The notes beneath the pieces were generated by a model. It saw only the letters and a list, made by a program, of their open reading frames with translations. It ran no database searches and was not told where the DNA came from. A stretch of 50,248 nt of DNA from an uncultured bacterium (GTDB lineage: Bacteria; Patescibacteriota; Minisyncoccia; Phycocordibacterales; UBA9973). The translations under genes were made by a program, and so were the position numbers. The DNA is taken from the NCBI GenBank assembly GCA_903888625.1, contig CAISUD010000060.1:1-50248 (forward strand), read 5' to 3'. This document shows positions 49,240 to 50,248 of the stretch, in pieces. The stretch's first letter is position 1. Every line of letters begins with the position of its first letter.

Positions 49240-49725
49240 ATGAAAAGAATCCTTATTGTACAGATTGGCGGCACGATTGCTGGCGGTTATGAAAATGATC
49301 AATTAGTTTATGGAGGAGGCCCGAGAGAGTTAATTGGCAAGTATTTATCCAAAGCCGGAATAGGTACCAATACTCTTGATATTGTGCCTTCTGACCCAAA
49401 CATTCAAATTGATTTCACAATTGATTATGATGTTCTCTTTTTCAAGAATAGCACGGAAGTAACAGATGATGACAGGCTAAAGATTGCTGCATATTTGCAG
49501 GCAGTAAACTATGATCAAATCATTGTACTTTACGGCAATAACCCGGAGTCTTACTTTCGTACTGAAAAGTACGTTAAAGAGGTAGTTAAAAGAAAAACTA
49601 TTGTTTTCGTTGGATCAAAAAAGCCATTCGATGTTTATTTTTCAGATGCGCCTATTTTTCTTGGTATGGCTATCACAATGGTTCAATTGAAAGAACCCGG
49701 AGTTTATCATGTTATAAACTTCTAA
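49240..49725 (+). CDS. hypothetical protein with an asparaginase/glutaminase-like N-terminal motif
   Basis: ILIVQIGGTIAGG resembles asparaginase signature 1 (ILATGGTIAGG). The region equivalent to HGTDT reads YGNNP. Confidence 0.35.
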   Translation: MKRILIVQIGGTIAGGYENDQLVYGGGPRELIGKYLSKAGIGTNTLDIVPSDPNIQIDFTIDYDVLFFKNSTEVTDDDRLKIAAYLQAVNYDQIIVLYGNNPESYFRTEKYVKEVVKRKTIVFVGSKKPFDVYFSDAPIFLGMAITMVQLKEPGVYHVINF

Positions 49726-49743
49726 AAGAAATGTTTTAAAATC

Positions 49744-49776
49744 AAAACCCGCGGAGCAATCTTGCGGGTTTTTTAT
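49744..49776 (+). terminator. rho-independent terminator
   Basis: aaaacccgc / gcgggtttt stem with an 11-nt loop and a T run. Confidence 0.75.
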
Positions 49777-49796
49777 TTTATACTATAATAGAAAAT

Positions 49797-50192
49797 ATGG
49801 TAACAGAATATATGGGTCCAATAGGCCTTGAACCAAAAAGTAATAATTATGAACATGCTCATGAATTAGCCGAAGCTATATCTGAAGAATTTCTGAAAAG
49901 ATATGATTTAGATGGACATGGAATCGAAGAAACAACAGGGGTAAAATATGATAGTGACATGGATTTTTGGAGTTATGAAATGCTCCAGAATAATAAAGGA
50001 GAGAAACCAAAATCGAAGGAAGAAGTTGTTACAGTTTTTGAAGAAATAATAAATGGAATATATGAATGGGATTTATCAAACAAATCTGATTCTGATTTAA
50101 ATAAGGTTTATAATACCCAAAGGGGATTTCCCCGTCGGCTTGCCGCGGGGCTCCTTGTAGGAAAGATTGAAAACCCTCGGTTTTCAAGTTAA
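49797..50192 (+). CDS. hypothetical protein
   Basis: 131-aa acidic ORF. No recognisable motif. The window ends 56 nt downstream. Confidence 0.4.
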   Translation: MVTEYMGPIGLEPKSNNYEHAHELAEAISEEFLKRYDLDGHGIEETTGVKYDSDMDFWSYEMLQNNKGEKPKSKEEVVTVFEEIINGIYEWDLSNKSDSDLNKVYNTQRGFPRRLAAGLLVGKIENPRFSS

Positions 50193-50248
50193 ACTAGAGG
50201 CATGAGCCTCAAACGAACTTACCACAATATATATGACACACACTATCA

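Noticed and set aside
1-50248. Alternative genetic code (UGA as a sense codon, as in some CPR-related lineages).
   Set aside because: murB ends at a TGA exactly where MurB homologues end, and long conserved genes close with TAA, TAG or TGA at the expected lengths. The standard bacterial code fits.

Overview
Visibly AT-rich bacterial window that looks like a Candidate Phyla Radiation / Patescibacteria-type genome. This is an inference from small genes, a type IV pilin module, no L30 gene between rpsE and rplO, no rplA after rplK, r-proteins with Lys-rich extensions, and standard stop codons including TGA.

Gene content, left to right:
- a 5'-truncated NHL-repeat protein, a pilin-like pair and an orphan PAS histidine kinase
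- tRNA-Ser and ruvX
- a tRNA-binding-domain gene followed by two tandem ~570-aa cysteine-rich paralogues
- DedA, tRNA-Val and tRNA-Arg
- two pseudouridine synthases, an EEP phosphoesterase, rplS, tRNA-Leu, a PduO-type adenosyltransferase and tRNA-His
- a Pif1-like helicase, an Nramp transporter and murB
- FKBP and SIMPL proteins, then secE-nusG-rplK
- a dTMP-synthesis cluster: cytidylyltransferase-like gene, dCMP-deaminase fusion, thyA, HIT, folA
- rpmB and an M50 protease
- the str-S10-spc superoperon from rpsL to secY
- a TrmB regulator and three orphan genes

No rRNA, CRISPR, integrase or transposase is visible.

Main observations:
1. Two diverged AAA+/DUF4143 ATPase genes, each with its own promoter, are inserted at the extreme 3' end of an essential gene (murB, secY). 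Each is bracketed by a direct duplication of that gene's last codons. This looks like a single-gene mobile cassette that carries a surrogate gene tail.
2. A MerR-GHKL ATPase, a STAS-like DUF4325 protein and dgkA are inserted between rplB and rpsS. The insert has its own promoter and a restart promoter follows it.
3. A GIY-YIG gene flanked by inverted repeats lies between rpsG and fusA. Next to it is a G9 tract in a promoter spacer.
4. A GC-rich palindromic element family has three copies. One supplies the ruvX stop codon and one is inserted in-frame in murB.
5. The intergenic spacers of the ribosomal operons are built from a few repeated sequence families and long-range stems.
6. There are no Shine-Dalgarno sequences, and many -10 boxes lie 6-7 nt from the ATG, which predicts leaderless mRNAs.

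All hairpin and promoter coordinates were read by eye and may be off by a few nt.
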